From Neophaeotheca triangularis (taxonomy: Eukaryota), in NCBI GenBank assembly GCA_054600435.1, contig BAAIJX010000042.1:124001-188000 (forward strand): a DNA stretch of 64,000 bases, in the 5' to 3' direction. Of the stretch, positions 35,224 through 46,387 are shown in pieces; the first letter of the stretch is position 1; every line of letters begins with the position of its first letter. A model generated the notes under the pieces. It worked only from the letters and a program-made list of their open reading frames with translations, was not told the origin of the DNA and searched no databases. The translations under genes were made by a program, and so were the position numbers.

Positions 35224-35782
35224 ATGAGCAGCATTGTGAGTCCACATTCCATCTACCGCAAGACTTCAACACTGCTAACCTAGCTATTACTCGTAGGCTT
35301 CCACCCCCGACATGGGTTCGTACTTCATCGACCCCCTGAAGTACTTCTCCAGCGGCAACACCAAGGGACCCTTCACCATCATGGCTGCTGCTGTCACCAT
35401 CAACATCCCATCCAACCGCAACGTTGCCCCTCGCCGTGGCATCTTCAGCATCCATCAGCACCAGTGGAACGCCCTGCCCGATGCCGTTCGATTCACCAAC
35501 CTCGAGATCATGGTCTACAGCCCCCACGATGTGGTCTTTGACCGCCAAGCTGTCTTCATCTGGCTTGAGGTCGACGACGATGGCGAGCTTCGCACCGACT
35601 CCACCGATGGCATCGAGTTCGATCAGCTTTACGGGACCACAGCTGTGAAGGACGAGGTCTTCACGGTGTACATGGAGCTCAAGGCCTTGGCTGAGGAGTT
35701 CGCTCAGCGCCCTGGCTTCAACGGCTTCACCAAGGACGACATTGTGGCCTTCAATGAGGAGGTCTTCGCCACCGTTTTGTGA
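35224..35782 (+). CDS. Hypothetical 165-aa protein (1 intron)
   Basis: ATG AGC AGC ATT|GTGAGT..GCTAAC..CGTAG|GCT TCC; intron 35236-35296 is in frame with ORF 35312. Strong C-ending codon bias. No recognisable domain; C-terminal QRPGFNGFTKDDI. Confidence 0.75.
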
Positions 35783-35927
35783 GCATCCAAAGCCTACAAC
35801 CAACCGCGAAGACACTGGCAGAGGAGGATGCTGACAGTGTGAGCCCTTGAGAGGGTCCAGGTGTGGCTACACGCAATGCTCAGACCGATATCATAGACTA
35901 CACTGTACCAAATGCACTGCATTTCGA

Positions 35928-37545
35928 GCAGCTTCGGCTTTCCTGTGAGGTGCTCTTCTCGACACCATTTACATAATTCGCTGACTTGAAGGCTAATACA
36001 CTGCAGTGCACCCGAATGTGTGCGCCAATTTTGGCCATTATACGGCGCCGAGAACAATAAAGCTCGGCAATAAATTACGCAGAATGCGTAAATCTAGTGA
36101 ATGCAGCCTTCAAAATGTCTTTTCCGAGGCTATATATAGCTGATTGTGCGCAGAAGTTCGACATAAATTCTGTACCGGGCCCCTTAGTACAGCTCTTTTT
36201 ACGAGACAAGTATACCGTATAGCCCCTTTATTTGATAGCTCTTAATAACACGCTTAGGAACGACAGCTACTTTTTACTAGTTCCTAACACCGAGAACAGC
36301 TAGGTTAGTAAGGAAGTATAAATGAACAATTCTATGTATAGGTATTAATACTAGATAATAGGTATAAAGAGGTGAACGGCTATGCCTCCCGGGCACTTCC
36401 CACGCACTATACATGTGCTGAAGACACGACGGTGACAGCCTCTCCGGTTACTAGTAGCCTACTAGATGCGGTAGGGTAGCCACGAACTTTACACTACCTA
36501 AAGGCGCCGGGAGCAACAAGGTCCAAATTCTATGAAGAGTGTACATATATGTCCTAGCTAAGTCAATTAGAAACGCTGAACGTCTTCAGTTTCCGGGCAG
36601 TTTTAAAACACATCTCAAGTCGCCCTATGCTACGCTCGTAGCCTGTTTAGTCGCTAGCTTCTTATTAGACAGCTGAGGACGGCTACGACTTTATAAGACC
36701 TAAGGGCGCCGAGAGTAGTAAGCGGAACACCTATAACGAGGGAAATTATCGAATATAGGTATTGATTTTAGGTGATACATGTGAACAGCAGCTTCCGGGC
36801 ACACTTTTTACGTATCTAAAGCCGGGGAACTACTACTGCAACAGCTCTTTCGGGTAATAATCCTTTGTGAAAAAATTGAGGATGGCTATATCGTTACGAG
36901 AGGCAAAGAGGGCCAAGAGCAAGTAGGTCTACAAGTTATTGGGGGAGATATTCAAAAAGAACATTGGCTTAGCTGTCCTTGTAGATATATTGAAAACTCG
37001 TAGCTTCTGGGCACCTATCGTCAGTATGCGATTACGGACCTGCTAAAACGACAACTTTTCTGGTTACTTGTTCTTTGCTAGAAGACCTTAGGATAGCCAC
37101 ACTTTTGCGAACGAGGGGATTATCGAAAACCTCCTATTTAATGACTACAGCTAGCTAGGTAGAAATCCTGGACAAATGCAGCTTCCCGGCACTTCTCATG
37201 TATTTGGAGTTACCGACCCCTTGAAAACACTTCCGGGTCGATAGCTGGTGCTTTGCCGGGAGCCTAAGGGTGACCGCGACCTTACGAAGCTAAAAGACGC
37301 CGAGGACAACGATGTTTGCCGTGAGGAGCGGCCAGATTCCGTAAGTAACCTCTCACAAGGTGTCTTGCCGGCATAACGATGCTCGCTGGACCCTGTAGGG
37401 ACTCTTAATGATCTTGGCTTCCCGGCAATTTTCACACATCTCAATTTACGGACTAGGTGTGACAACGGCTTTCCGATAGTCACTGTCTCGCTAGAAGTAT
37501 GAAGGTTGCTACGGCTTTAGGAGATTGAAAAGCGCCGAGGAACTT
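35928..37545. repeat. Degenerate tandem array, about 8 units of 178-240 bp
   Basis: Anchor GCAGCTTCCGGGCAC-like at ~35935, 36175, 36389, 36593, 36795, 37007, 37185 and 37421. Second anchor GGCGCCGAGARCA-like lies ~110-115 nt downstream at 36044, 36286, 36503, 36705, 36910, 37296 and 37531. Confidence 0.8.
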
Positions 37546-38589
37546 CTCCATGGGAGTAACCGATCCTCAAAAGTGGCCTCGCACAAGGGGGTCCTGCCAG
37601 CTTAATAGGAGTTTACCTACTAAAGAAAAGTCGACCTTTAGGTCAATCAATCTTGTTAGCGCCCGTCGATGGAGCTAAGTACCCATGGTTTAACCTGGCC
37701 AGAACCCCACGACTTCCCTCAGTGGCCCCGTCGCAACCAAGTCCGGATTCGAGTTTGAAATGGCCGACACCACTACCTGGCCTCCTCCCACTGTAGCTGG
37801 CGGTCTAACCGGTATGTCGTGGTCAAAAACCTTCGCAAGAAGGGCAAGAGGATTCCTTGCAATGTCCTGCCTCCTGTGGGGGGTGAGGGTAAAGGGATGC
37901 AAGTTGGTATGTGAGCAGAGCGGAGGGGGGAGGGCGTTCATGAGATGCAGCTCCCGGGCCTTTCACATCACCAACGACGCGGACGATCAAGGCTGAAGAC
38001 CTTCACCCAGTATTGATGGAAGACCAACAGGGCACTTTTTGTCGGATGCAGGTCGACAAGTTCCTCATGGAATCGCTGAACGAGCCCAGTTGTGTGCGTG
38101 AACAGTGGATACCGCTGGCGAAGTGAGACCGACATTCTTTAGGGGTTTTTTTTTAAAAGGGGTTTGAAGATCTGCAACGGCCTGCCTAGAGTCCAAAGAC
38201 AATAGTTGGCACTCTGGCATCGTACATAGTATGGGAACGGAACATCCTGACCAACGCAATCGACTGGATGGTTATTAAAAAAATCAAGATTCCTGGAAAA
38301 GAAACATAGAGGAGACCTCGGGAGTCTGGTGAGCGAGAAAGAATCTACAAAGGGAGACAGGAAGGGTGTCGGAAAAGGAAAAGTTTCGATTCCTCCGGAA
38401 AGCCACTCAAAAGTCTCAATTCCAGTTGACGGCATGTAAACGAATTTCCGGCCACAGACTAGCGTCGTACAACCTGGACCAATCAAAGAGATGTGAGCAA
38501 GCACGAATCGTTCTCTAAGGTTGGTACGCTGGAACCATTGGACAGTAGCAAGGTAATACATACGACAAGCGATACGCGGGCGTTCTTCC

Positions 38590-40956
38590 CTACTCGCTCA
38601 TCTCATCAAACTCCCCATCACCCCCATCAGCCATCTCCATCTCCATCTCCGGCTCGCCATCCATATCACTGTCATCCTCATCGAACCCATCCTCACTCCC
38701 TCCCACTTCACTGCCATCCTCGACCCCACTCGCCTCACTCTCACTCTCTTCATCCCCGCCAACCGCATCCGCGAACCCCCCCTCCTTCCGCTCCCTCCTC
38801 TCTCGCTCCCTCTTCCCCTCCTCCTCCTTCCTTCCAGCCTCAATAACCTTCGCCTTCTCCTCCCTCGCCTTCCTCTGCCCCAGCACATAAGCCCCCAGCG
38901 GCGTCTTTTCAACCCCCTCACCCGCCAAAAATGCCTCAACCTGCCTGCGGTCCTTGGGGCTGAACTCCACTTTGGCGCGCTTCTGCTCGATCCAGCGGCT
39001 ATTGGCTTCGATCTTCTGAACCAGCACTTGCACCGCCGAATTGAGTTTGCCGTTCTTGTTGCCCTTGCCTTGCACCCGTGAGTTTGCGTCTTTGAGCCAG
39101 CGTTTGAGGAGAACAACTAGCGGGAGGGCGAGTTCTGGGAAAGAAATGGATTGGGCCCACAGGAAGAGGTATTCAGACAGCAGTTCGAGGAGTTGCTCGC
39201 CGACTCCGTCTTGGTAGACGCGGGTGCGGAGGTAGGTTTTGGAAGCGCGAATTGTGGTGGTGAAGTCGAGGGGTTTGAGGGTCGAGGCTTTGGGGGCGCG
39301 GCGCATTTCGGCTGAGTTGAGGACTTCGTAGAGGGCGGGGGCGAGTGGGATGTAGGTGTTGGTGGCCATGGAGATGCGGAGGAGGGAGCGGGTTAGTTGG
39401 AAGCGAAGCGGGAAGTAGGTGGCGGTTGGGATTAGACGGAGGGCGCCCTGGGTTACTTGGACGAGAGGGTAGATTAGTGGGCGTAGTTGGGAGTCGGGGG
39501 AGGTGGCGTGGACGGCGAGGACGCGCGACCAAAAGTCAAGGCTGTGTGTGTATTGCCAGTTGTAGATTTGTTTGTAGGATTCATTGCTGTTGTTGGTGAT
39601 GCTGGACCGCAGGTGGATAGCGAGTTGGCGGATGAAGGTGAAGGCTGTGGTGTAGCCTACGCTTGTATCCATGCCCCACAGCTCTGCGGCGGAGTTCTTC
39701 ATCAGGTTTACGCCCGCGATAGTGTGGATGGTGGTGTTGCGGGCGTTTTGGATGAGGTTTTGGTAGGTTACTTTGAGTAAGTTTTCGCGGATGCCAGGGT
39801 CACCAATGACTGTCAGCCTGCGGAGAACTAGAAAGGCGGCGATGCGTGTTGCTTCGGTGTTGCTGTGGGATGCCCATACAGTAGCCACTGATCGGCTGAG
39901 GTCGCGCACGAGCTTTTTGAAGGATAGGAGGTATGGTAGTAGAGGCAGAAGCGAGGTCAATGTCAGTCGCAGCGTCGCAGGGTCGGAAAGGTTGTCCAAG
40001 AGGTGGGTAGTTGAGGTGATGTGAGATCTCAATATAGGCGCAAGTGTCTTGAACTTCTTGCTCTCCGTCTGTACATTGACTTTCCCGCTCTTCGATTCTT
40101 GTACGGGAAGGTGGTGTTGGAAAACTTCCGGAATCTGCTTCAGCGCCACTACGAGTAGCTGGTGGTAGGCCTCCGGATCCGAGATTGAGTATTTGTAGTC
40201 CTTTTCGTCTTCGTCCGCGACGTGAGCAGCCGATCGGAATGCAAGCACGACCTCCTTTGCCGCACGCAGAGAGTGCTGTTCTGACAGGGCGGCCTTCCAC
40301 TTCTTGACAGTCGCGACCGTCAGCTCATTCTTGCCTCCGCCTTCTGCCTCGTCATCCGAATCTTCAGCACCAGCTTTGGTCTTTTTCTGCTTCTTCTTCT
40401 TCGGTCCAGCCTCTTCATCGCTATCGCTTAGCTCGCCGACATCCGCAAGGTCAGCCTCTAGCAGTTCCGGTTCGTTCTCTTGCAAGTATTTGTGGAACTC
40501 GGGATCTTTCTCTGCCAGAGCATCGAGTTGCGCTTTGTGGTCCATGGTGTCCTCCTCGGAGTCTGATCCAGAGTCCTCACCATCAGCAGCGACGGGATGT
40601 TGCTCGATCGAGCCATCTGATTCGGACGCAGAACCCTCATCATCCTCGGCCTCCTGCCGTTTTCTCTTCGAACCCTTTCCTTTCTTGTCCTTCGGAAGTT
40701 CCGGGACTTCGAAACCACCCTGGAAAAAGTCGTCTACACTCATATCCTGGAAAGGGTTGGTCGGCGCGGGTCTGCCATCAGTGCTAGGGGCTTCTGGTTC
40801 TTCCTCTCCGTCGCGACCTTGCTCTTCCGCTCGACGAGCCTTTTTTCTAGCCTTGAGCTGTTGCTTCTGCTTTGTCTTTTTCAGACCATTTCGACGTTCC
40901 AATGTGTCCTTGAGATGGTTCTTCTCAAACTTCTTGGTCGCTTTCTTTGATCCCAT
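38590..40956 (-). CDS. NOC2: Nucleolar complex protein 2
   Basis: 788 aa. KATKKFEKNHL, LAEKDPEFHKYL, YKQIYNWQYTHSLDFWSRVL, LRPLIYPLVQV, PTATYFPLRF, SISFPEL; acidic tails. Confidence 0.95.
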   Translation of the reverse strand: MGSKKATKKFEKNHLKDTLERRNGLKKTKQKQQLKARKKARRAEEQGRDGEEEPEAPSTDGRPAPTNPFQDMSVDDFFQGGFEVPELPKDKKGKGSKRKRQEAEDDEGSASESDGSIEQHPVAADGEDSGSDSEEDTMDHKAQLDALAEKDPEFHKYLQENEPELLEADLADVGELSDSDEEAGPKKKKQKKTKAGAEDSDDEAEGGGKNELTVATVKKWKAALSEQHSLRAAKEVVLAFRSAAHVADEDEKDYKYSISDPEAYHQLLVVALKQIPEVFQHHLPVQESKSGKVNVQTESKKFKTLAPILRSHITSTTHLLDNLSDPATLRLTLTSLLPLLPYLLSFKKLVRDLSRSVATVWASHSNTEATRIAAFLVLRRLTVIGDPGIRENLLKVTYQNLIQNARNTTIHTIAGVNLMKNSAAELWGMDTSVGYTTAFTFIRQLAIHLRSSITNNSNESYKQIYNWQYTHSLDFWSRVLAVHATSPDSQLRPLIYPLVQVTQGALRLIPTATYFPLRFQLTRSLLRISMATNTYIPLAPALYEVLNSAEMRRAPKASTLKPLDFTTTIRASKTYLRTRVYQDGVGEQLLELLSEYLFLWAQSISFPELALPLVVLLKRWLKDANSRVQGKGNKNGKLNSAVQVLVQKIEANSRWIEQKRAKVEFSPKDRRQVEAFLAGEGVEKTPLGAYVLGQRKAREEKAKVIEAGRKEEEGKRERERRERKEGGFADAVGGDEESESEASGVEDGSEVGGSEDGFDEDDSDMDGEPEMEMEMADGGDGEFDEMSE

Positions 40957-41152
40957 GATTGTTGGTACTGCGATTTCTCAGAAATCGTGTGTGTCTGAGA
41001 GAAGTACTTGAGCTAGGACGAAGACCAAAAAGTTCAGACTTGGATTATTTTGCGACCTCCGAGGATAAGCCGAGTAGAATGCGGAGAAAGCTCCCCGAGT
41101 CCGTTCCAGGTACACTCTGAGAGCATCAAGAGTGAGCATGTGAAGAAACAAC

Positions 41153-42038
41153 ATGGACAAAATGTACTCTCAGCAGCAATTGGCCTATGCGCCCACACCC
41201 TACTCGTACACGCCCTCGTCCAACTTGACTGCGACCATCAACCTTGACGAAGTCAGTAACTTCCAACTTCCAAACCCGAAGCATCGACTGACTGTACTCA
41301 ATCAGGAAGTCAAGCTCGCCGATTCATCCGCTGAACGAGATCTGTACGAATCGTTGGCAGAAATATACAGCATCATCATCACCCTCGATGCATTGGAGAA
41401 GGCCTATCTCCGCGACTCGGTCAATGAGAGCGAGTATACCGAGACCTGTGATAGGCTGCTGAGGCAGTACAAGAGCAACCTCGCCGATGACACTGTCAGC
41501 GCCGCTTTTGGAGATTTGGAGAAGTTCAAGGCGGAATGGGATGTATGTTGTCCGACATGTTGAGCCCAGCACGATGGATGGACGGTGCAATGTTGACTAT
41601 TCTCAGCTCGAAGTACCCAAAGCAACCGAACGCCTTCGGATCGGCCTCCCGTCGACAATCGAAACCCAACCCTCTCATGGCCACAACACGCCACGTCCCT
41701 CCTCATTCCACCCCTCGCAACCCTCGAGCAGCGGGCACGCCTCTTCCGGCATAGCAGCAACGCACATTGTCAGCGCGAGTGAGAACTTCATCACTCTCTT
41801 CGACGCCGTCAAGATGAACATGCTCTCCAAAGATACCCTACATCCCATTCTGGTTGAGACAATCCAGGCTGTCAACAAAGTCACCGATCGAGACTTTGAA
41901 AACAAGGGCAAGATTGTGCAGTGGTTGATCACGCTGAATCAGATGAGGGCTGCTGAGGAGTTGACGCAAGAACAGGCTAGGGAGTTGAGTTTTGATTTGG
42001 GTGCTGCCTATGATGGATTCAAGGGAGTGTTGGAGTGA
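41153..42038 (+). CDS. VPS28: ESCRT-I subunit Vps28 (2 introns)
   Basis: INLDEEVKL..ERDLYESLAEIYSIIITLDALEKAYLRD..CDRLLRQYK; ENFITLFDAVKMN..SKDTLHPIL..KIVQWLITLNQMRA..QARELSFDL. Introns 41252-41305 and ~41542-41606. Confidence 0.95.
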
Positions 42039-42242
42039 TGATCGAGGGAAGGGGCATAATCAGGCATCAAGCGTGTGGTCCCGAGCGTTCATGACCATGT
42101 TCTGGTACGTCTGGTGTGTATAGACATCTTGACCCAGATGGTCCGAGCGTCGAGTCCCCAGAATCCAGAACCTCGCAAGATTGATAGAAGGAAAGAACAG
42201 TAGCCAGAGAGTCAAGACCTTCGACAGGCATGACAGTTGGAA

Positions 42243-43512
42243 ATGGCACTACCGGACACCAAATTGACGGCAAGCGACCTTGGCCTTGGTGAAGGGGAGG
42301 ATGAAGCGCTTGATGGTGAGGCTACAATCCCGTCATACCTTACAATTAAGCTGACATGTGAAAGTCCTCGACCTCCCCCAGCTCTACCAGAAGCCGCCAG
42401 CAAGATCACTGCTCACTACTCTTTTCGACCTCAGCTCCGCCCCACCGTCGTGGGAAGCTTCTCCTCGCGAAGGCACTCCTCACACACGGAGCGGTGCCGC
42501 GACGCCTTTACGGCCGAAACGAAAAATCAAAAGCGAAGGCGTTCCAAACTATCTTACCAAGATCATAGCGAGTCCTTTAGCCTGGATAGAGGATGATGAA
42601 GTCAAAGAGCAGATATGGGAGAGTGCTTCTCAAAGACTGAGCGAGCGGAGTGGGAGATCCGGAATGGGAGCTATAAGCAGGAGTTTCAGCATCCCTCTGA
42701 CACCTACCGGGTCGGAGCAAACAAACGCACAAGACCCCACCACCTTCCAAGACGAAGAAATCTTAGAAATCACTCTCCACGAACCAGCCCTCACATCCGA
42801 CAATCTTGGTCTCAAAACCTGGGCCTCGAGCTACCTCCTCGCCAAACGCCTCGTCGTCCTCCGCCCCAGCCTCCCCAGCCTTCCCCCCTCCACCCAAGTC
42901 CTCGAACTCGGCTCCGGCACCGGCCTCGTCGGCATAGCCGCAGCAACAATCCTCCAACACCCGACCCTCCTCACAGATCTTCCGCCGATAGTTCCAAACC
43001 TCACCAAAAACACAGAAATCAACGCCCCTTCAGTCGAGAGCCTCAACGGCGGAAGAATGACTACCGCGACTCTCGACTGGGACAACCCATCCCAACTTTC
43101 CTTTCCCAACTCATCCTCCGCACCCCCACCACCCCACCCCCCTCACACCTTCCCCCTCATCTTAGCCGCCGACCCCCTCTATTCCCCCAACCACCCCGCT
43201 CTCCTAACAAAAGCCATCGCCCACCACCTTTCCCCCTCTCTCCATTCCCGCCTCATCATCGAACTCCCCCTCCGCGATGCCTGGGCTTCTGAGCGTGCGG
43301 ATTTGAAACAACGATTACGGGATTCGGGCTTGGTGTTGTTGGACCAGGGCGAGGAGGTTGGGTATGATGATTGGGTTGAGGCGGACAATCCCGGGAGGGG
43401 GGAGTGGGAGAATGGAGCTGAAGGTGAGGAGATGGGGGCTGGAGAGGAGGAGAAGAGGTTGAGGGGGGTCAGGTGTTGGTGGGGTGTTTGGGGATGGGGA
43501 CGAGGGGAGTAA
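42243..43512 (+). CDS. EFM2: Class I SAM protein-lysine methyltransferase, Efm2/Rrg1-like (1 intron)
   Basis: RLSERSGR, LHEPALTSDNLGLKTWASS, motif I VLELGSGTGLVG, TDLP, LDW, ILAADPLY. Intron 42316-42364 links MALPDTK..ALD to VLDLPQL. Confidence 0.85.
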
Positions 43513-44000
43513 TGGGAACGGTAGTGTTGGGTTGGATCTAGGATTGGGGCTAGGGTTTTATTACCTGGCGGCTCCTGGTCAGTGGTTTGTTAGCAGGCTA
43601 GATGGAACGGCTGCCGTTCTATTGCTCCCGGTCGAGATGTTACAAATTTGTCAGTTCTTTTGCTCTTCAATGGATTGCGCCAAAGTCGCAGAGACACGGG
43701 AAGGGCTGCCTCCTTCATCCCAATCAAAGCCCGCTATATTCGAGGGATTGCAAGGGCTGCATCTCTAGAGAGTACACAAGAAAAAAAGGCAGGTAAGAAG
43801 CTCTGAAGGTATAGTCATCAACCCAGACCCTTCTGGGCTAGGCGCAAAAAAGCGACATCAGATTTCAGTGCGCATCTATCAACACTTATTTCCCCCCCGC
43901 TCAAAATGCGCCTAGAGGTATCATTTCAAAAAAGAGAAAATCGCGACAAAACCCCACCCGCCAGAAAAGCGTAACAAGCAAGAAAGATGGCATGTTTCAA

Positions 44001-45134
44001 TCAATCAATCGTCATGCGACTGCCGACCTGGCCCAAGGGCGTGGCCCCAGGCGGCCCGCCAAAAGCATCACCCCCGTACGCGCCCCATTTGCCCAGGTCC
44101 TCTTGGGCGCGCTCGCGGTCCTTGCGGCTGCGCTTCTGCACAATCGGTTTCAGGCCTTTGCCGAAATTGGCCATGCACACGGCGGCGATGAGGATGGTGA
44201 CGAGCAGGGCCAGGACCGTCATGACGGCGAAGACGGTCAACGAGGTCCGCGCGGGCTTGTAGTCTTCCTTGCGCGCGTCCGAGGGGTTGGCGTACATGCG
44301 TACCAGTTTGAAGACGAAGTAGGCCATGGCGGCCAGGTAGAGGAAGATGATGACGCACATGAGGTATTTGTTTTCCGACCGCGTCACCCAGGCTGCGAGG
44401 AAGAGGGTGCAGGCTGTGAGGACGAGGGCGGCGATGGTGAGGTAGAATTCGAGGCTGGTGGTGTTGCGGACTACGACGAGGAATTGGACGGTGAAGCCGA
44501 CGAAGAAGAAGAAGTCGAATTTCAGAAGGGCCAGGTAGATCTGGAGAAGGGGAAGCGTGTCAGTGGGAGTGGTGGTGTTGATGGAGGGCTGGAAGCTTAC
44601 TTGGTATGTCAGATACCGTCTTTTCAGCCTTAAATCTGCCGATACGTTCTTGTAGATGCTCCAGGCGAATTCATCGTATAGCTTCCACGCTGTGATGCTC
44701 AACAGCACCATGCCCAGCCCTATCACGCAAGGCTCGGCGTAGAGAAAGGGTCTCAATTGGGCCCAAAGGTCTTCTTCGCCCTCTACGAGATGTCCGTCAT
44801 CTCTAAGCTGCGCTACCGCCTCCCGCACCTGATCGATTTGAACGGCGCTGTAGATGAGCAATCCCAAGTCGTATAAACACAGGCCCATGACTTGAATAGT
44901 GTTGCGTTTTTTGAGCGCGTCCCAGACGAGCCATAGCATGTACAAGAAGCCGAAGATGAAGAGCGCAAGGTACGTCGGTATCGTTCTAGTTTCGTTGAAC
45001 TCGTTGGGGATGTCCTCTACCAAGGATGTCTGGAAGACAGCAAACACGTAGCCTTCGAGCGCGAGAGAGATGATGGCTTGGAACAGGGCTACAAGGGCAA
45101 AAACCCAGGTCCACGTGCTATCCGGTCGGTACAT
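44001..45134 (-). CDS. UPF0658-like multi-pass membrane protein (1 intron)
   Basis: TIPTYLALFIFGF, DALKKRNTIQV, LYDEFAWSIYKNVSADL, ALLKFDFFFFVGFTVQF, CMANFGKGLKP, C-terminal RMTID. In-frame intron 44541-44600. Confidence 0.8.
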   Translation of the reverse strand: MYRPDSTWTWVFALVALFQAIISLALEGYVFAVFQTSLVEDIPNEFNETRTIPTYLALFIFGFLYMLWLVWDALKKRNTIQVMGLCLYDLGLLIYSAVQIDQVREAVAQLRDDGHLVEGEEDLWAQLRPFLYAEPCVIGLGMVLLSITAWKLYDEFAWSIYKNVSADLRLKRRYLTYQVSFQPSINTTTPTDTLPLLQIYLALLKFDFFFFVGFTVQFLVVVRNTTSLEFYLTIAALVLTACTLFLAAWVTRSENKYLMCVIIFLYLAAMAYFVFKLVRMYANPSDARKEDYKPARTSLTVFAVMTVLALLVTILIAAVCMANFGKGLKPIVQKRSRKDRERAQEDLGKWGAYGGDAFGGPPGATPLGQVGSRMTID

Positions 45135-46387
45135 TTTTCTGGTGGTGCTCGCATTCCCTATTCCAGGGGTATTGGAGGGTTGCGAGTGACCCTGACGATC
45201 ATGGTAGCCTCCCGGAGTGTAGTCTGTACGGTCGCCGTAGGGGCTGAAATCGCGACTGAGGGCGGCTCGGGAATCGGTCGAGGCGCCGGAGATGCTGCCC
45301 AGAGGTTGGTAGTTGGGGTGGTTGAAGGGTAAGCTGCTGCCCAGGAGCGAGCTTCGTTTGACGTGGGGGGATTTGGAAGCTATGTTGACGGTGGTAGGTG
45401 GCCGCTGGAGCGGCCAGAAGGGGAGGAGGGTGAAGCGAGAGATTGAAGAGGTGGAGGAGGCTCAGGGCGAGGCTGAGGTGGAGGGAAGGTGTGCGTGTGC
45501 GTGCGCGTGTGTTTGCTTTGGTTGTCTCGGCCCCCCTCTTTTTGGGTACGTCGCGTGCGTCGTTTCTCTCGGACGTGGTGGGAGATGTGACAGCGGTGAT
45601 GTACAAAGTAATAATTCGCTCGAGGCGTTCGCGACTGTAGTGCGACAAGTATATACGGCAGACGTAGAGTTTGTTGGTTTGTGGGGTGCGTGACACTTGA
45701 GTCGAGGCCGGGCGTGTCTCAGGATAAGAGAGAAAGAGACGGGACCTGGAGTGAATGAAAGCAGACTTGATTAATGCTCGAGGTGATTTCTACCTCGACT
45801 TGTTAAACGACCGGGGCTGTGCAGAGAGAGTATTATAGGTGAGATCAAGTAAATAATGGGTAAAGTAAGGCTGAACTTTCAACGTGCTTAACGAGCATCG
45901 GGTAATAATTCGAAGGTAAGGTACCTGTACCTTGCCGAACGCCGCTCGGGGCTGTCCTGTGAAGTGTCCATGGCCCATGCTCAAGACCTCCGGGAGACAC
46001 GCGGACAAACTCTGACTCCGCGTGCGGTGCTTCTCCCTCCTCAAACCCAACACCTCATGTCCAATATCAAAATCAAAACCAAAACCAGTGCTTCAGCCTC
46101 ATTCTGCACTCGACAGTGAGGTCACGTCTGGTTAGCATCTGCTGGTAAAGGTAAGCCAACCCCCTTCCTTCTCGGTACTACCTCACCCACCACCAACCCA
46201 CACTCCTTCTATGATGACCGATTATTCAAGAGAACCGTTGCGAATGACACTCGCTTCGGCGGGAGAATGATCGCACCTTAATCCGATTATTATATCTGAT
46301 CCTACACACACCACATTCACCTGCATCGCTACACCAATTTTGTGCAAGAGATGGATAGCTAATCACTCTACCTATCCACAGTGCGCA

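Noticed and set aside
35928..37545. CRISPR-like repeat/spacer interpretation of the array
   Set aside because: The repeats are long and degenerate. The variable parts are homologous to each other (TATAGGTATT..GTGAAC in two units; AACGAGGG.ATTATCGAA in two units). No cas genes are present and the host is a fungus.
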